DNA from: the human T2T-CHM13v2.0 reference genome, Homo sapiens
NCBI GenBank assembly: GCA_009914755.4
Contig: CP086569.2
Location: forward strand, 2,592,001-2,656,000
Direction of reading: 5' to 3'
DNA: 64,000 bases
Shown here: piece by piece, positions 21,481 through 38,218 of the stretch
How positions within the stretch are numbered: position 1 is the stretch's first letter
Layout: each line of letters opens with the position of its first letter
The notes under the pieces: model-generated
The model's input: only the letters and a program-made list of their open reading frames with translations
The model's database searches: none
What the model was told of the DNA's origin: nothing
Program-made: the position numbers and the translations under genes

Positions 21481-22403
21481 AGCACATAAATTCCAGAAAA
21501 TTTTATTTTCCCCTAATTAAAGTCATTATGTGGCTGTTCGGGGACCTTCGATGCGCTTATTTTTCAACCATCATTGCCTCTTCGAGGATCTGCAAAATAG
21601 AACTGGAATTTATTATGAAAAAGTTATTAGGCACTCGTCCAATAGACAGTACAGTACAAATTATACAGCACGAGGGCAGAGGAATAAAATTTCCCCAAGG
21701 CGACTTTTCCCATTTATGTGGAAACACTTTTTTGATGAGCTGTATTTAAACGAGCGAGCTTTTTTTTAGTCCGTGTACTTTTTTTGAGTAAGAGATGGAA
21801 AATAGGCAGAAGAGGTATTTTTCTTTTTGAAAGACAATTCATGCATTACTTGTAGGTTCATATACCCATGATGACATTGAGATTTTATTTGAAATTTCTT
21901 ATACAGTTTCATCTTCAAAATACTTTTGTTAGCATTTTGTACAACTTTGCTGGAAAATTGGAGCACAGTAATGTGAGCGTTGGACAGTGCTAGGTGCTAA
22001 GAAAGATTTAAAAGGCTCTTAATGCAGAACGTGACTGCAAAAAGTTTGCTGCGGGCATTTCACAGGAAGGCGAGGTTTCAGTTTGCAAAATTGGGAATCC
22101 TGAAGTAGATGGGGTTTAGCTAGGGTGAGGAATGGGAGTAGGAGAGGTCATTACAAGAATGAAATGTCTGTAGAAGATGCAAATATTTACGGTTTTGCTG
22201 GAGTGGATAATATAGATAGGAAAGGGATTCAAATTTAGGCTGTAAAAAGTAGATTTTGAAATACATTGGTGGCACACCTCAGTTTATGCTGAGCTCTGGC
22301 TGCAGCTGTTACAAAAGTTTAAAGGTTGAGAAGGATTGAGAGCTAGTATAAATTGATAAGTGTTTTCGTTACTGGATGGATGATCAAGAAGGTAGCTGTT
22401 TTT

Positions 22404-22692
22404 TGGCCAGGTGCGGTGACTCACGCCTGTAATCCCACCACTTTGGGAGGCCGAAGTGCGCGGATCACCCGAGGTCAGGAGTTCGAATCCAGCTCGAGAC
22501 CAGCTGGAGACCGACATAGCGAAACCCCGTCTCTACTAAAAATACAAAAAAACTAGCAAGGCATGACGGCGCGCGCCTGTAATCCCAGGTACTTTGAAGG
22601 CGGAGGTTGCAGTGAGTCGATATCGTACCACTGCACTCCAGCCTGGGGAACAAGAGTGAGAGTCTGTCTCAAAAAAAAAAAAAAAAAAAAAA
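22404..22692 (+). mobile_element. Alu (+) with an internal deletion. It retains unusually many CpGs (about 9) and has a 22-nt A tail. It lies 1 kb downstream of the CpG island.
   Basis: ggccaggtgcggtgactcacgcctgtaatcccaccactttgggaggccgaagtgcgcggatcacccgaggtcaggagttcgaatcc...cgacatagcgaaaccccgtctc...gacggcgcgcgcctgtaatccc...gagtcgatatcgtaccactgc. Confidence 0.85.
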
Positions 22693-23006
22693 GAATGTGG
22701 CTATTTTTTGAATTAGTCTCTACTAGACTGCTGCTTCGTTTTTGCATCGAAAGTTTACCAAATAATCTTTTGCTCCTATTTAAAATTGTAAGCAAAATTG
22801 TATTTACTGTGGTTGAAAATTACAAAAGTACAGGAAATCAGTTTGAGAGGTATGTTTAGAAAAGCAGTTTTCAGAAATGCAGTAGCCTTCAGGTGGCTTT
22901 ATGAAACTTTGCCCTTCTTCTTGGTGAAGGTAAGCAAGCTTTAAAATTCGCTGTTCACTTTATATGTGAGGGTCCTAGATGCAGTAGTTTCAGAGAACAT
23001 GTATAG

Positions 23007-23488
<482 letters not shown>

Positions 23489-23770
23489 GTCAAAACAAAT
23501 TTTTAATGCAATCTAGTTGTCGACTTGCTAAGGGGTCAGCATAAACTGTAGAGGTAGTTGCCTTATATCTTGACAGCTGAAGAGCTGTAAAGAAGATAGA
23601 ACTGTATCTTGTACAGTACAGCAGCTGTAGATGTTCCAGTACATCAGCAGTGGATGTGCAAAAAGAACATAGGCAAGTGTATAGTTTTAAAGGATTTATA
23701 AGGAAATTGTTAAGTATAAAATATTTTTTTGCCTGATAGGATAGACCTTGATGATCTGCTAGCCAATTTC

Positions 23771-24057
23771 TTTTTTTTGAGACGGAGTCTTGTTCTGTCA
23801 CCTGACTGGTGTGCATTGTTGCTGTCAGCTCACTGCCACCTCCGCCTCCTGGGTTCAAGCGATTCTCCTGCCTCAGCCTTCCAAGTAGCTGGGACTACAG
23901 GTGTGTGCCACCATACCCAGGTAATTTTTCTAGTTTTCGTAGAAATGGGGTTTCGCCATGTTGGTCAGGCTGGTCTCGACCTCCTGACCTCAGATGATCC
24001 ATCCACCTTGGCCTCCTAAAGTGCTGGGATTACAGGCGTGAACCACGGTGCCCGACC
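23771..24057 (-). mobile_element. Alu (-) with a 9-bp TSD TAGCCAATT (23761-23769 and 24062-24070).
   Basis: ttttttttgagacggagtcttgttctgtcacc...ggcgtgaaccacggtgcccgacc. The flanks are ctgcTAGCCAATTtc / ctggTAGCCAATTatc. Confidence 0.85.
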
Positions 24058-24163
24058 TCTGGTAGCCAATTATCTTGGATGAATGAGTTGTTAGTTTTTA
24101 ATTTATGTGTATTTATATTCAAATAGATGCCCCTTAACTTTCTTTCAAAAAGCATACAGTGCT

Positions 24164-24196
<33 letters not shown>

Positions 24197-26664
24197 CTCT
24201 GTTTACATTTGTATTGTCACTAATTGATATCCTTTGAATTGTTGCATTTATGCATTCTGGCAATTGCAAACCTTTTTAGATTCTTAAATTCTTCAACCCC
24301 TGCATATTACTTCATTACTTAATTGAGAAAGATAGATGACTATATGATACATATGTTTGATCTCATTCATTTCATGCTTTTTCTTTATTTCTTCCTACAC
24401 TTTCTTTTGCCGATGGAAGAAGTGCTGCTTTCAACGTCCATTTTCTCTGCTTACCCTTTTCCCTGCTCTCTGCCTGCCCCTTCCTATAAATATTCATAGG
24501 TATGCTCGTTTTACAAAAACCTTATCTGTTTTCTCTTTAGTTTCACTAGTCCTTCTATTTCTATTCTTCCCGCTTCTAAATCTGGTATTACTCAACGTGT
24601 GAAACGGTTCCACAGCAGGTAATTGGTGTGTCACATGAAAGTGTACTGCATTTCAGAAACTCTCTGTGCTTTCTTTGTCTGCTCTGGTCGTTTTCCTAAC
24701 CTAAATGTGGAATTTAACTTGAGATTAATTACTTGTTTTCTCCAAACTTCTTCCCTGCATCACTGTCTCTTATTTTCACTCATCAAATTTGTCATCTAGC
24801 ATTTACAGTTATCTACTGAACATCTCCATCCTGATCTCTTATTAACAGTCCATATTTAATATTGCTGAAACCAAATTTATCTGGCACATAGTAGGTACCC
24901 AGTAATGTGCAGTGAACCTCTTTTACTCTACAGTCCCTAAAATAATTCCTGATTTTGCTTTCTTTCTTTTCCAAACACTACTGTTTTACCAGGCTTTCTT
25001 TCATCCCGGTCACTTAGAGCAGTGTAGATATCTTTAATTAACATTTAATCTGTTGTATTCTAAATGTAGGTTTATACTTTTTGTTTTCATCCGTAACTTT
25101 CGAAGCCCTTAATTATAGTAGATAGTTTTTTATCTTGATTTGCTCCCCTAACAGAATGATTTGGCAGGTAAACATTATTCCAAAAAAAATTATTTGAATA
25201 ATTTAATGCAGAGATTTATATGGAGTTGAATAGCCCTCCAATTGAAATTAAGGAGCCAAATAGTGTTCTTGAATTGTGTAAGTGTTAAGGCATACAGTGT
25301 TCATTTTTTGAAGGCAGCAGATGAAAACAGGATTCTCAGGAACATGTTTCCACCATTGCTTTCACAATCTACCTTGACTGAGAGCCCATTCTTTTTCTTA
25401 CTAAATTGTTTTAAACGTAGTATTTTCATAAATACGGCTTTCTTATTTAGCTATAAAATGAAATAAAGGAGAGTTACTAGATTATAACCAAATCCTGCTT
25501 TATTGAAAGAGGAATTTGAATCTAGGCGAGGCACAAAGGAATCTACGTCAATGGCTTTAAAAAATTAACATAGTTAATATATTAAACATGTAAATTATAA
25601 AATCTTCTGTCCTTAGTAAGCAAGTACAAATCTGTTGTATCAGATTGTAACCTGTTGTAACAGATTGTAACAAATGTTACAGTCTTTCATACTTGTTTCA
25701 TGTCTTTTTCTATTTAAAGAAATGGAATTCTGCAGGTCATTTTTAAGAGTTGCCTTCAGTGCTTCCCAATCCTGCTTCTTTTTCCCCAGACTGGTTTCCT
25801 TGTATATGTTTTAACTTTAGAAAGGTATCTTATAGTATGTGTCATTTTGTGTATTTTTTATCACTCAACAGTGAGTTTTTGAGTTTCTTTCATGTTACCT
25901 GTGGATCTGATATTTTAGTTAGCAAAAGTTGGTCTAGGAACCCATGGGGATCTTTGACACCTTTTCAGATGTCTGTGAGAGGACAACAATTTTTAAAAAA
26001 TTACCGAGAAGTTATTTACCTTTTTTACTCTTATTATCCCATGAATGTAGTGTGTGGTAGAGTTTTCATGAGTTTCAGATGTTTCAGAAAGTTGAATGCA
26101 GAAGCAGAGGAATCCACCTGTTTTATTTAAGCCAGGTATTAAAAAGATTAACATAAAAAATTTGTATTGTGGAAAGTGCTTTTAATACAGTGTTATTTAT
26201 TTTAATATTAATGGTTTATTAGTTGTAAGTGAATAAACATAAACTTTTCATAAAATTACTAGGCATTAACTTTTAAAATGGCATATATTGATAATAAAAC
26301 CTGCTTAAACAAAAGCTCTTTGAGGACTCTCAAATTTTTTAATTGTAAAGGAGTCCTAAGGTGAAAACGTTTGGGAAATCATTAATCTGAATTTATTTAT
26401 ATTCTATTATAGTTTATAAATGTACTGTGGCCTGTTTATTCATTACTAGGAACCAGTTAGATTTCCAGTCTTTTGCAATTTTGAAACAATGTGGCTGTAA
26501 CATCTTTGTACATGATTAACTTCTTTTGGGTTTAAGTGGAATTGGTAATCTGAAGTGTATGTGCATTGTCAACTTTACTGGAATTACCAAATTCTTTCCA
26601 CATTGGTTGTATCTAGTTGATACTAAGTTTTCTATTAGACTGTTTCTCCATATCATTACCAAAT

Positions 26665-26966
26665 TTTTTTTTTTTTTTTTTGAGAGAAGAGTCTCATTCT
26701 GTTGCCCAGACTGGAGTACAGTGGTGCAGTCTTGGCTCACTGCAGCCTTTGCCTCCTGGGTTCAAGCAGTTCTTGTGCATCAGCCTCTGGAATAGCTGGG
26801 ACTACAGGCACGTGCCACCACACCTGGCTTATTTATTTATTTATTTAGTAAAGGCAGGGTTTTGTCATGCTGGCCAGGCTGGTCTTGAACTCTTGACTTC
26901 GGGTGAGCTGTCCATCTTGGCCTCACGAAGTGCTGGCATTTCAGGCATGAGCCACCATACCTGGCC
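26665..26966 (-). mobile_element. Alu (-). A (GT)15 microsatellite follows at 27098-27128.
   Basis: tttttttttttttttttgagagaagagtctcattctgttgcccagactggagtacagtggtgcagtcttggctcactgcagcc... Confidence 0.85.
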
Positions 26967-27094
26967 CCAAAGATTTGACAGTTTAATTTCTTTCAGGGTT
27001 TTGGAGATGGAATAATACCCAGTTGTTTTAATTTTGCATTTATCATATTTTTAGTGAGGTTGAGCTTCCCCGCTTGCCCACCCTCCGCCAATAT

Positions 27095-27890
<796 letters not shown>

Positions 27891-28450
27891 TGCCACATTT
27901 TCTTTCTCCATTCATTTATTGATGGACACATAGGTTGTTTCCATATCTTTGCAACAGTGAATAGCTCTATGATAAATATAGTTCTTTGAGAAATCTCTTT
28001 ACAGTTTTCCACTGGGGTTATACTAACATACTATACCTACAATATATTAATATTGCTTTTTATAGAGATCTTGGAAAATTTTGGATAACTATACCAAGAT
28101 GTTGTGTGACTTTTGTTGCCATTATGAATAACAATTTCAAAAAGTTATACTTACCAGTTGTTGTAATTTATAATAGAAATCCTATTGACTTTCAGCAACC
28201 TTGCTGAAAATTCCGTGATCATATTTCATAGCTTCTGAGATGTATAAATCTTCATATTTTAGCACTTCTAAAATCTGAATGTATTTTACCATGGATAGAG
28301 TTGTATAATCAGTTTTCCAATTTATAAGTTGTTCATTTTGTTATCACTTCAAATGAATTGCATCCATTTTTGGCACTAATCAGGTTGCTGATACATGCCA
28401 AACAGTGTAACTGTAAATAAAATAAATTTCCTTTGGATAAATTGAAGCAA

Positions 28451-28752
28451 TTTTTATTTATTTATTTAAAGAAGCAGTCTCGCTCTGTTGCCCAGGCTGG
28501 AGTACAGTGGCGTGATCTCAGCTCACTGCAATGTCCGCTTCCTGGATTCAAGCAATTCTCCTGCCTCAGCTTCCTGAATGGTTGAGATTACAGGCGTGTA
28601 CCACCATGCTTGGCTAATTATATATATTTTATATATTTTTAGTAGAGATGTCGTTTCACCAGGCTGGTTTCGAACTCCTGACCTCGTGATCTGCCTGCCT
28701 CAGCCTCTCAAAGGCTCAGCCGGGATTACAGGCATGAGCCACTGTGCCTGGC
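28451..28752 (-). mobile_element. Alu (-).
   Basis: gaagcagtctcgctctgttgcccaggctggagtacagtggcgtgatctcagctcactgcaatg...ggattacaggcatgagccactgtgcctggc. Confidence 0.85.
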
Positions 28753-29895
28753 TGAAGGAAATGGCCAGAGGCAGGTTTGATTGGCCCTTGGTTCAGTCAG
28801 AGGTTAATTGGTCATAGGTTGAGTACAAATGCGTTGTAATGTGTTTATTATATATTTTCTAATTTTGGAGAGCAGTTCCTTACCATAAATTAGCGTGGTT
28901 CAATTGAGGGGAAATGATGAAACAGACTTGTCAAATGGTAAAGTACTAGCATTAGAACTTGGAAAGTAGATGTCTTTGACTTGAAAGAATATTCTAGAGA
29001 TGATAATTTAGTATGCTTCATCGTTGGCACTGTTGTTATCAAGATGACTCTATTGTTAGAAAGATAAGGACATTGAACAGCAGTGAATAGAAAAGTGAGT
29101 AAAAGTAGCACTCTGAATTCAAATAAATTTTATCAATACCCTGAGCCAATTTCCTTTGGATGTTATTGTTCTTTCTATGTATGCATAAGAGTGGTGTATG
29201 ATTTTTAAAAACTGTGTGAATAAATCTAAAAGAACTCCAGTATATCAATTTACTTGAATGTTTTTTCTTAGTGGTATATAAAGGCTCATGCTACAATTGT
29301 GAGCATGTAGACATAGTGAGATTTAGCAGTAATAACGATTTTTTTTGCATTTTTTGTACAATTATATTATCTGTGAAGAGTGATGTTAGATTTCTTTTCT
29401 GGTGGTCTAGATTTTTTGAAAGAAGTGCTTCCAGTGTTTTATCCTTAAATACTGATGTTAAGATGTTTTCTTGGGAAGATATTCTTTAAGCTTCCTTCCA
29501 TTCACAATTTTAGAGTTTTTTTTTTTTAATATAAAGGAGGAGTTGAATTTTTAAGATAACTTTGGTTGCATCTGTTGATTTTCTCCTTTAATTTATTAAT
29601 GTGCTTAATTGCGTTAACAGAGTTTCTAACTTTAAACGTTCTTTGAATCACCTGGATGTTTAATATTTACATTGCCTTATTGTAGTCCTATCTGCACAGT
29701 CTCATAGATGCTAATAAAATAGAAACAAAATTACAGTCCTGTAATTTTTTTTCTTTCACAGTTTGATAAGGTTATGTTAAACTCACGTAATGAGGGTTTC
29801 TCTCTTTCTGGACACAGGTTGCCTATTAAAAAGGGATTCATTGTTTCTTTGAACTTAGAATTTCTTTGTATATTTACTTGTACGTGGAGTCTTTT

Positions 29896-29901
<6 letters not shown>

Positions 29902-29931
<30 letters not shown>

Positions 29932-30209
29932 AGACAGAGTCTCGTTCTGTTGCCCAGGTTGCAGTCAGTGGTGCAATCTTGGCTCACTGCAACCTTTGCC
30001 TCCTGGGTTCAAGCGATTCTCCTGCCTCAGCCTCCTGAGTTGCCGGGATTACAGGCATGGGCCACAATGCCCAGCTAATTTTGTATTTTTAGTAGACATG
30101 GGGTTTCTCCATGTAGGTCATGCTGGTCTCGAACTCCTGACGTCAGGTGATCTGTCCGCCTTGGTCTCCCAAAGTGCTGGATTACAGATGTGAGCCACCA
30201 TGCCTGGCC
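29902..30209 (-). mobile_element. Alu (-) with a 29-nt poly-T.
   Basis: (t)29 gagacagagtctcgttctgttgcccaggttgcagtcagtggtgcaatcttggctcactgcaacc... Confidence 0.85.
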
Positions 30210-30626
30210 ATGAATATTTTTTTGACATTTGATCTATTGAAAGTTTCTTTCATGGTGATATGTCTTTGGCTTTTCTTGAGTATGTTCTTGTTGCTTATAC
30301 AGAATTTTTAATGTCCTAGAAATATGTTTATAAATAGGATATAAATATTTATAGTTTTATCTTATGACTTATAAAACATGTATAATTCTGTCAGTTTGCT
30401 TTTTTCTGATAAGCTTTTTACATTTTGCCATTTTTCCTTGCCAAATAGGAATTTGATTATATTTTTTAAGCAATTTTTTTGTTGATGCTTTTTGTCCATA
30501 TCTTTTGTTCCCTTTTGCTTGAGTTTATTATCCTTTTTTTTTTCAGTTTTCTGTGTGTGCATATGTAGGAGGCTTAGCACATTTGTATTTAATTTCACTT
30601 TTTACAGTATGTTCAATTAAAGCTGC

Positions 30627-30939
30627 TCCCCTCCCCTCCCCTCCCCTCTTTTGACTCAGCATTTCACTCTGTTGCCCGGGCTGGAGTGGAGTAGTACGAT
30701 GTCGGCTTACTGCAACCTGTGCCTCCAGGTCCAAGCAATTCTTGTGCCTGAGCTTCCCAAGTAGTTGCATGCCATCACACCGGGCTGATTTTTTGTGTGT
30801 TTTTAGTAGAGATGAGGTTTAACCATATTGGCCAGGACCATGTTGGCCAGGCTGGTCTCTAACGCCTGACCTCAAGTGATCCTCCCACCTTAGCGTCCCA
30901 AAGTGCTGGGATTAGAGGCATGAGCCACTGCACCCAGCC
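30627..30939 (-). mobile_element. Alu (-) with a (CCCCT)n microsatellite in place of the tail (30627-30648).
   Basis: cccctcccctcccctcccctcttttgactcagcatttcactctgttgcccgggctggagtggagtagtacgatgtcggcttactgcaacc... Confidence 0.8.
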
Positions 30940-31878
30940 TCTATAAATATTTTACTTGTTACCCCTGAATTATTTAAGTTTTTCCCTTTGTTTTCAAATG
31001 TATGTATTTATTTATTGGGCTGTATTGTTAGGTGCCTGTGTTTAGGACTATTGCATATTATGTCACTATTTTCTTTTTAACATTAAGACATGATGTATTT
31101 CAACACTGATGATGATTCTTGTCTTAAAATGTGTTTTGGCTAATTTCTGGCTTTTTTGTTTGTTAAAATGCCTTTTTTAAAAATCTTTTTCTACCTCTTA
31201 TAAAAATTGTATAATTTTTTAAAAAACTAGAATATGTAATGGTTTTAATTTTAATCTCCTATTAACAAAGGCATGCAAGGAGGTTTTTTTTTTTAAAGAG
31301 ATGGGATCTCACTATGTTGCCCAGGCTGGTCTTGAACTCCTGGGCTCAAGCAATCCAATCACCTTGGCCTCCCAAAGTGCTGCGATTATAGACATGAGCC
31401 ACCCTGGCTGGCCACAAGGAGGATTTTAAACATAACCCATTGAGTGAGTATCATTTCCAGGTGTGTTTAATCTCTTATTTAGGAAATATTTTTAAATCTT
31501 TTTCCATTGTATTTTATGTTGTCTGTTTGCCAATATTTCATATGAGTTCCCATCTCTTTTCTGACTTTTTATTTTACTGAATGATTTTATCTCACCATCT
31601 TTTTAAACAACAGCTTATAAATAAATTGCTTCTACTTACGTCTTTTCAGTTATTTTGTTTTAATGTTAAACCCAGTTACTTGATTTCAGGCAGTAGAAAA
31701 TCAGTGTGTTTATTTTCTATTTAAACTTCTACTTGAAGATAGGGTTTGGTGGCCAGGAAAAAAAGGGAAGTTTAAAATTTGCTTTATCTTGAAAAGATTG
31801 GTTGAGTGGAGTAGCAGATAAGAAAAAAAAAAGATGAATTTTTAAGATAAATAGGATATATTAAATTAAAAATATTTG

Positions 31879-32192
31879 GGCCAGGCACAGTGGCTTTCTG
31901 CCTGTAATGCCAGCACTTTGGGAGGCTGAAACGGGTGGATCACCTGAGGTCAGGAGTTTGAAACCACCCTGGCCAAACATGCTGAAACCCCATCTCTACT
32001 AAAAAAAAAAAAAATACGAAAAAAAATTAGCTGGGCTTGGTGGCGGGCACCTGTAATCCCAGCTACTCAGGAGACTGAGACGAGAATTGCTTGGAACCTG
32101 GAAAGTGGAGGTTGCAGTGAGCCAAGATTGCGCCTGCGCCAGTGCACTCCAGCCTGGGCAAAAAGAGTGAGACTCCGTCTCAAAAAAAAAAA
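31879..32192 (+). mobile_element. Alu (+). A partial Alu (-) lies at 31287-31413.
   Basis: ggccaggcacagtggctttctgcctgtaatgccagcactttgggaggctgaaacgggtggatcacctgaggtcaggagtttgaaacc... Confidence 0.85.
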
Positions 32193-34039
32193 ATTTTGAG
32201 GAAAGCTAAATAGAAGTTAAAAGCATTACAGTGATATCAAAGAAATGTGTATAACACGCCATATTAATGTTTTCTGAGTATTTTGATATGGAAGAAAGTT
32301 GGACCATGGAAAATCAGGATAAAAGTTTTATAATACGGTGCAAAGTAGCTTGAGATTTTATTTCTATAGATGAAATAAACATTATGAATTTGTTTCATCT
32401 TTCAAAAATCAGATGTAATTGTAATCCTGTGTACTAATTATTTGAATGAACAGAATGAATTAAATGGTGGATTCTGTTTTGGCTGACAAAATTGTGTGAT
32501 AGTACAGTAATGGTATTTTCATTGAAACGCACTGCATGATAATAAAGAAAATATATTCAAGGGCTTTGTCAGTTTTCTAAGAGCTGTTGCAGGTCTTGAT
32601 ATTCACATAATTCTCCTTTGGAAAAAAATAGCTTCCGAGCTTACAGTTGTGTTTTTCTTTCTACAGTTATAATTTCTTTCTACAGTTATAAAGGGAGATC
32701 TATGTTTAAGCCAATGGCCATGACTGTGATTGAACATTTTTTTTTCACATTCACCAGTTTTTTATACATATATTGTAGGATTTACATTTTTCATCTTACA
32801 ACATAATTGCTTTGTAATTACTTTGTATTGTCATCATGTTGCTGTATTTGCCATTCAGACTGATTAACAAAGACAATGTGTTGAGTGGGAAGCAGTTACA
32901 GTTTATAAAGGGAGGAGTGTTTGCATTTTTTAGTTGAGTAATCTCCAGTTTTTCTTATTCACGTATCTTGTTAAACTATTACTTGTTTTTAAACATACAA
33001 GGTAGACATTTAAAGGATGAGATGTTACAATATATAAAAACAAAAGTTTTGATTTTTGTCTTTTTACATCCATTCCCTAAATGTGTGCAAGTACTACTTT
33101 AGAGACTAGTAAGTAACATGCTAAATATGTTCATTCTTAGGACTTTTGTTTTCCTCTGCAACCATAAAACTCTTGAGACTAAGATAATGAACATTCAGAT
33201 AAGTTAAAGTAGACTAAATGAAGATATTGTGAAACAACTGAAACTAGAGAATAAGGAATTAAAAGATTAAAAAATAAGTAGTTGAAATTTACATGAGGAA
33301 TAAAATGGAATGAAGTCACAGATTATGATACGGAGTACTGAGACAAACAATAGACTTGGTGGTTTGACACCATAAATGAAAGATCTTCTTTTGCCATAGT
33401 GTGTCATTGAGCAGCCTTCTTAGCATTTTAAGCTTCAATTTCCTTAATTGGAAAATAGGGTTGGTCATACCTACTACTTTTGGTGAATTAAATAGTTGGT
33501 TTATACAAAGGGCTTAACAGATTTTTGCATCTAACAAATTATGCCACCTTTTAAAAATGGGTGAAGTTAGAATAAATTAAAACAAACATGGATACAAGTT
33601 AAAAAGACTAACATTTGACTTTTATTTCTGACTTTATTAAAGAAGCCTATAGCAGGCTAACATCCAGTGCTTTGAAGTAAATGTAATGAAACAATCTTTC
33701 TCACATATTCATATATTAAATCTAAGAGGACCTAAATTAAAGAATAGATATGGAGTAGAAAAGTTAATATTTTAAAGATGCTATTTCTTTTCAGATTGAT
33801 CAGTGTAGATTGATGCAGTTCCAATCAAAATCTGATGGGGTTGCTTAAAAAATTTAAATATATGATGGATAAATAGAAGTATAACAATAGATCACATAAC
33901 ATTATCAACACGCATAACATCACATCAGTGAGATGAAACTTGATAGAGAGATGTATGAAATGCACAAGCAGACTTTCCAGAAAAAACACATTGGATATAA
34001 ATGTTTGTTTGTTTTCAGTAAGGGGGTTAGAAGTTATTA

Positions 34040-35102
<1,063 letters not shown>

Positions 35103-37046
35103 TTACATTGCTTTATTTCTCCTTTTTTGGTTTACTAGCTATTAGTTGTTTTCTCATCTTCATACCACTGTAGCTAGGACTGAAGGCATGCACCACCACA
35201 TCTGGCTAATTTTGCAGTTTTTTATAGAGACATTGTCTTGCTCTGTCACCCAGGCTGGAGTGCAGTGGTGTAATCATAGCTCACTGTCATGGCTACGTGA
35301 CCTCTCAGGCTCCAATGATCCTTCCTACCTCAGCTTCCCAAGTAGCTGGGACCACAGGTGCACCACGACGTCCAGCTAATTTTTAATTTTTTTTGTAGAG
35401 AAGGGATCCAACTATTTGCCTAGACTTGTCTAGAACTCCTGGACTCCAGTGATCCCCCTCCCGTGGTCCCTCAAAATGCTGGGATTACAGGATTAAGCCA
35501 CCACACCAGGCCTAAATTATTTTTCAGAGTGGATCCTCTGGATCATTCTGCTTATTTGTCTTCCAATTCAGCTGATCTCTAAGCTTGGTTCTTACTACAA
35601 AGGCATGGGAAATTACTGTGAAATCATGGGAACTTATTTTTCACCTTATCAAAATTGTGTTAATATTATTACCATTAAGAGCATGGTTTTGTTCTGGTTG
35701 TAGGAAGAAATTGGCATTTGTAACCCAAGAAAGCTTACTAACGTAAAGGTGTGGTCATCTTTACAGTGAAGTGCAAAAGAACCTCTTGTGCCTCTGTCAG
35801 TTTTCGCCGTGATAAAATAGGACAATAATCAGTCAAATGTGTTGTTGAAGAATGATTGCTCACTATAGTGAAGATTGGATTGGTGGTCAGCCCTTATCAT
35901 AGGCTCAAGTACATAGTAGGGATATGTATATGACGTAAAATTATACTTAACCCTCTTTCATTCAAGATTTTGAGTTTGTAGGTGTTGTGCTGAATAGAGT
36001 CCTAGAATGTAGCAGTTCGTGGTTGGTTTCTCACTTGTTTGAGCTCTTTTCTCTTTATTGCCTGTTTCAGAATGATTAAACCAGAATTTAGCTATCTGTG
36101 GCACAGATGTTTGGTTACATACATGAGACACTAGCACTATGTCCCTAGGTCACTGATAGTGACATTTTCCTGCATTTATAAATATTTGTAAATATTAGCA
36201 GTTATTGACCCTGCTAATGACAGTTGACTAGGTATAGCTCCACTTTTTCAAGACCTCACCTCCTAGAAAATTCTAGGATGTTGAGTGCCAGGGTAAAAAC
36301 ATAAAGATCGTTTGAAGAATGACATGCTGTCCAGCTAGGTTGCAAAGTTGAGTAATAACAGTAAATAAGTCATGTGGTAGCTTGGGTTAATAATGTGGAG
36401 GTCACTGAATATTGGAGACTGCTTCTTGGTAAGGGAGTGATCAAAGCAGTGCTTCAAGAAGATTCATCTGGCTACAGATTGTAGGAATGCCTTGTTAGTT
36501 GGCATTACAAGACCCCCTTCTTATAATAGGTTTCCTAGTCATTTGTTTTGGAAGTGTTACAAAGGCCATTTCAGAAACTATTTTCATTTCTAGGGATCAG
36601 AAAATAGGAAGCTTAGAGTGATTGGTGATAATGGGAATACAAGCAGGGCAAACATAACAGAGAAATTGTGGAGAAGAAATTGACAAGATCTGAGAAACCA
36701 ACTGTCAGGGAAGGAGGAAAAGGCCATAGTGATTGTGCCAGGAAAAATCTGGGTTTTAATTTTTGAAGATGTTCAGTAAACGGTCTGATGGAAATTTTAG
36801 GTCCTTCTCAGCGTGTGGATTTTGGGGATCATCTTCACGTAAGTCGTCATTAAAAACTGTGGAAATAAATGAGAAAGTAGTAGAGAGGAAAGCTGAATGT
36901 GAAACCTTGGACAAGACTATAGTAGCCATCGGTTAAGAAGGTGAGAAGAGAACTAAGATATCATATAAACAAAGAGGTAGGAGGGAGTTTCAAAATTAAA
37001 GAAACTGATCATCTATCAGACTCTAACAGACAGGTAAGGAAGATGA

Positions 37047-37390
<344 letters not shown>

Positions 37391-38218
37391 CACAAGTTGA
37401 TCTTTTATTAGAACTAATGAAATTGCTGTTTTTAGGAAAATTGGAAGGTCACTTCAATAATCCAACAAATCACATTTATTCCATCATTCATTGCCTTAAT
37501 TTCATGTGGTTTTCTTTAATTATGCAGAGAAGATTAGTTTGCATTTATAATTTTATAATTACATTTTTTTAAGAGGGGAAAAATTAATGAAGCCAGAGAT
37601 TGTTTGGGTAGAGGGAGCAGTGACAGCTTATTTAGAGCAGGTGCCCTTTTTCTTTTTCTGTGGTTGACAAAATATTAGTGTAGTCATCATGGCCTTTTTA
37701 TTTGAAGCAGTTTGAATGTCATAAAACACACTTTCTTTAAATTGAGTAGATCTGTTTCAGAGAAACACTTTGGAAATCCATTGGTTTCTCACTTGCATAT
37801 TGCCTTATCATATAGTTTAATATTTGAAAATTGACACACATAAGTGACCATAGCATGTGCTAAAAATACAGTAAGGGAGCTGGACATAGTGGCATGTGTC
37901 ATTAGTCCTAGCTGCTTGGGAGGCTGAAGTAAGAGGATTACTTGAGCCTAGGAGTTGGAGGCTGCAGTGAGCCATGATCATGCCACTGCACTCCAGTCTG
38001 GGTGACAGGGTGAGACCCTGTCTCTGAGGGGAGAGAATGGGGAGGGCTTTTAAGCTACACAGAAATCTGAGGAGTGCTTATAATTATTAGGAATTTTGAG
38101 TTTTTTACCATTTTGTTAATTTACTGTAGAAAGACTGGAGACTATGTTAAATATAGAGATGTAATACAGTCTTGCAGCAAAAACCTACAGAATGTGTTAA
38201 AGTTGAGAGTTAATCATG

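Noticed and set aside
20096-21487. Numerous 60-175-codon ORFs on both strands inside the GC-rich region (e.g. 20782-21309 -, 21028-21471 +, 20096-20416 -).
   Set aside because: They overlap each other in several frames, are Arg/Pro/Ala/Gly-rich as expected from GC-rich non-coding DNA, and lie in a CpG island. They are consistent with stop-codon paucity in GC-rich sequence, not protein-coding genes.
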